From NCBI GenBank assembly GCA_051819765.1, contig JBNJGT010000003.1, forward strand, positions 1 to 47,238: a stretch of DNA of 47,238 nt, given 5' to 3'. The stretch is from Nanobdellota archaeon. GTDB taxonomy: Archaea; Nanobdellota; Nanobdellia; Woesearchaeales; JACJVW01. The notes beneath the pieces are model-generated. The model saw only the letters and a program-made list of their open reading frames with translations. It had not been told where the DNA came from and did not search any database. Made by a program: the position numbers and the translations under genes. Positions within the stretch are counted from its first letter, which is position 1, and each line of letters begins with the position of its first letter. This document shows positions 47,238 to 47,238 of this stretch, one piece after another.

Positions 47238-47238
47238 G
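47064..47238. repeat. 60-bp tandem repeat, about 3 copies, truncated by the window end
   Basis: Unit ccctgc(a/g)c(a/g)ttccccttcttggccggttgcttgggttgtgtggacttggccggttttcca recurs at 60-nt spacing. Confidence 0.92.

Noticed and set aside
47064-47238. CRISPR array
   Set aside because: Units are contiguous 60-mers with no unique spacers and keep an open coding frame; no cas genes in the window

Overview
Gene-dense archaeal chromosomal segment. The host is probably a DPANN/Woesearchaeota-like organism; this is inferred from TATA-box promoters about 30 nt upstream of many start codons, an archaeal-type FtsZ and many orphan secreted proteins. Recognisable genes include ftsZ, uvrB, a Pol II-like polB, a treZ-GH57-treY-malQ glycogen/trehalose operon, a CheY-like regulator, two CheW genes, a D-Ala-D-Ala dipeptidase plus racemase pair, a MazG-like pyrophosphatase, a nitronate monooxygenase-family enzyme, a TVP38 protein and a serine hydrolase. 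Three loci stand out. (1) 10.2-18.5 kb: a processive-type GT2 converges on a four-gene exported-protein operon (beta-barrel-like protein, 966-aa helical protein, GH18-like TIM barrel, Ca-binding repeat protein), resembling a synthase-dependent polysaccharide export system. (2) 5.1-9.4 kb: an AT-rich divergent cassette of kinase + B12 radical SAM and nucleotidyltransferase + GT4. (3) 0.5-3.0 kb: an APC transporter-methyltransferase-degenerate HATPase fusion. Several intergenic gaps look like decayed genes. No rRNA, tRNA, CRISPR array or transposase was recognised. All calls come from motif reading by eye; no searches were run. Many starts are adjusted from the ORF track using promoter/SD position or gene overlaps.
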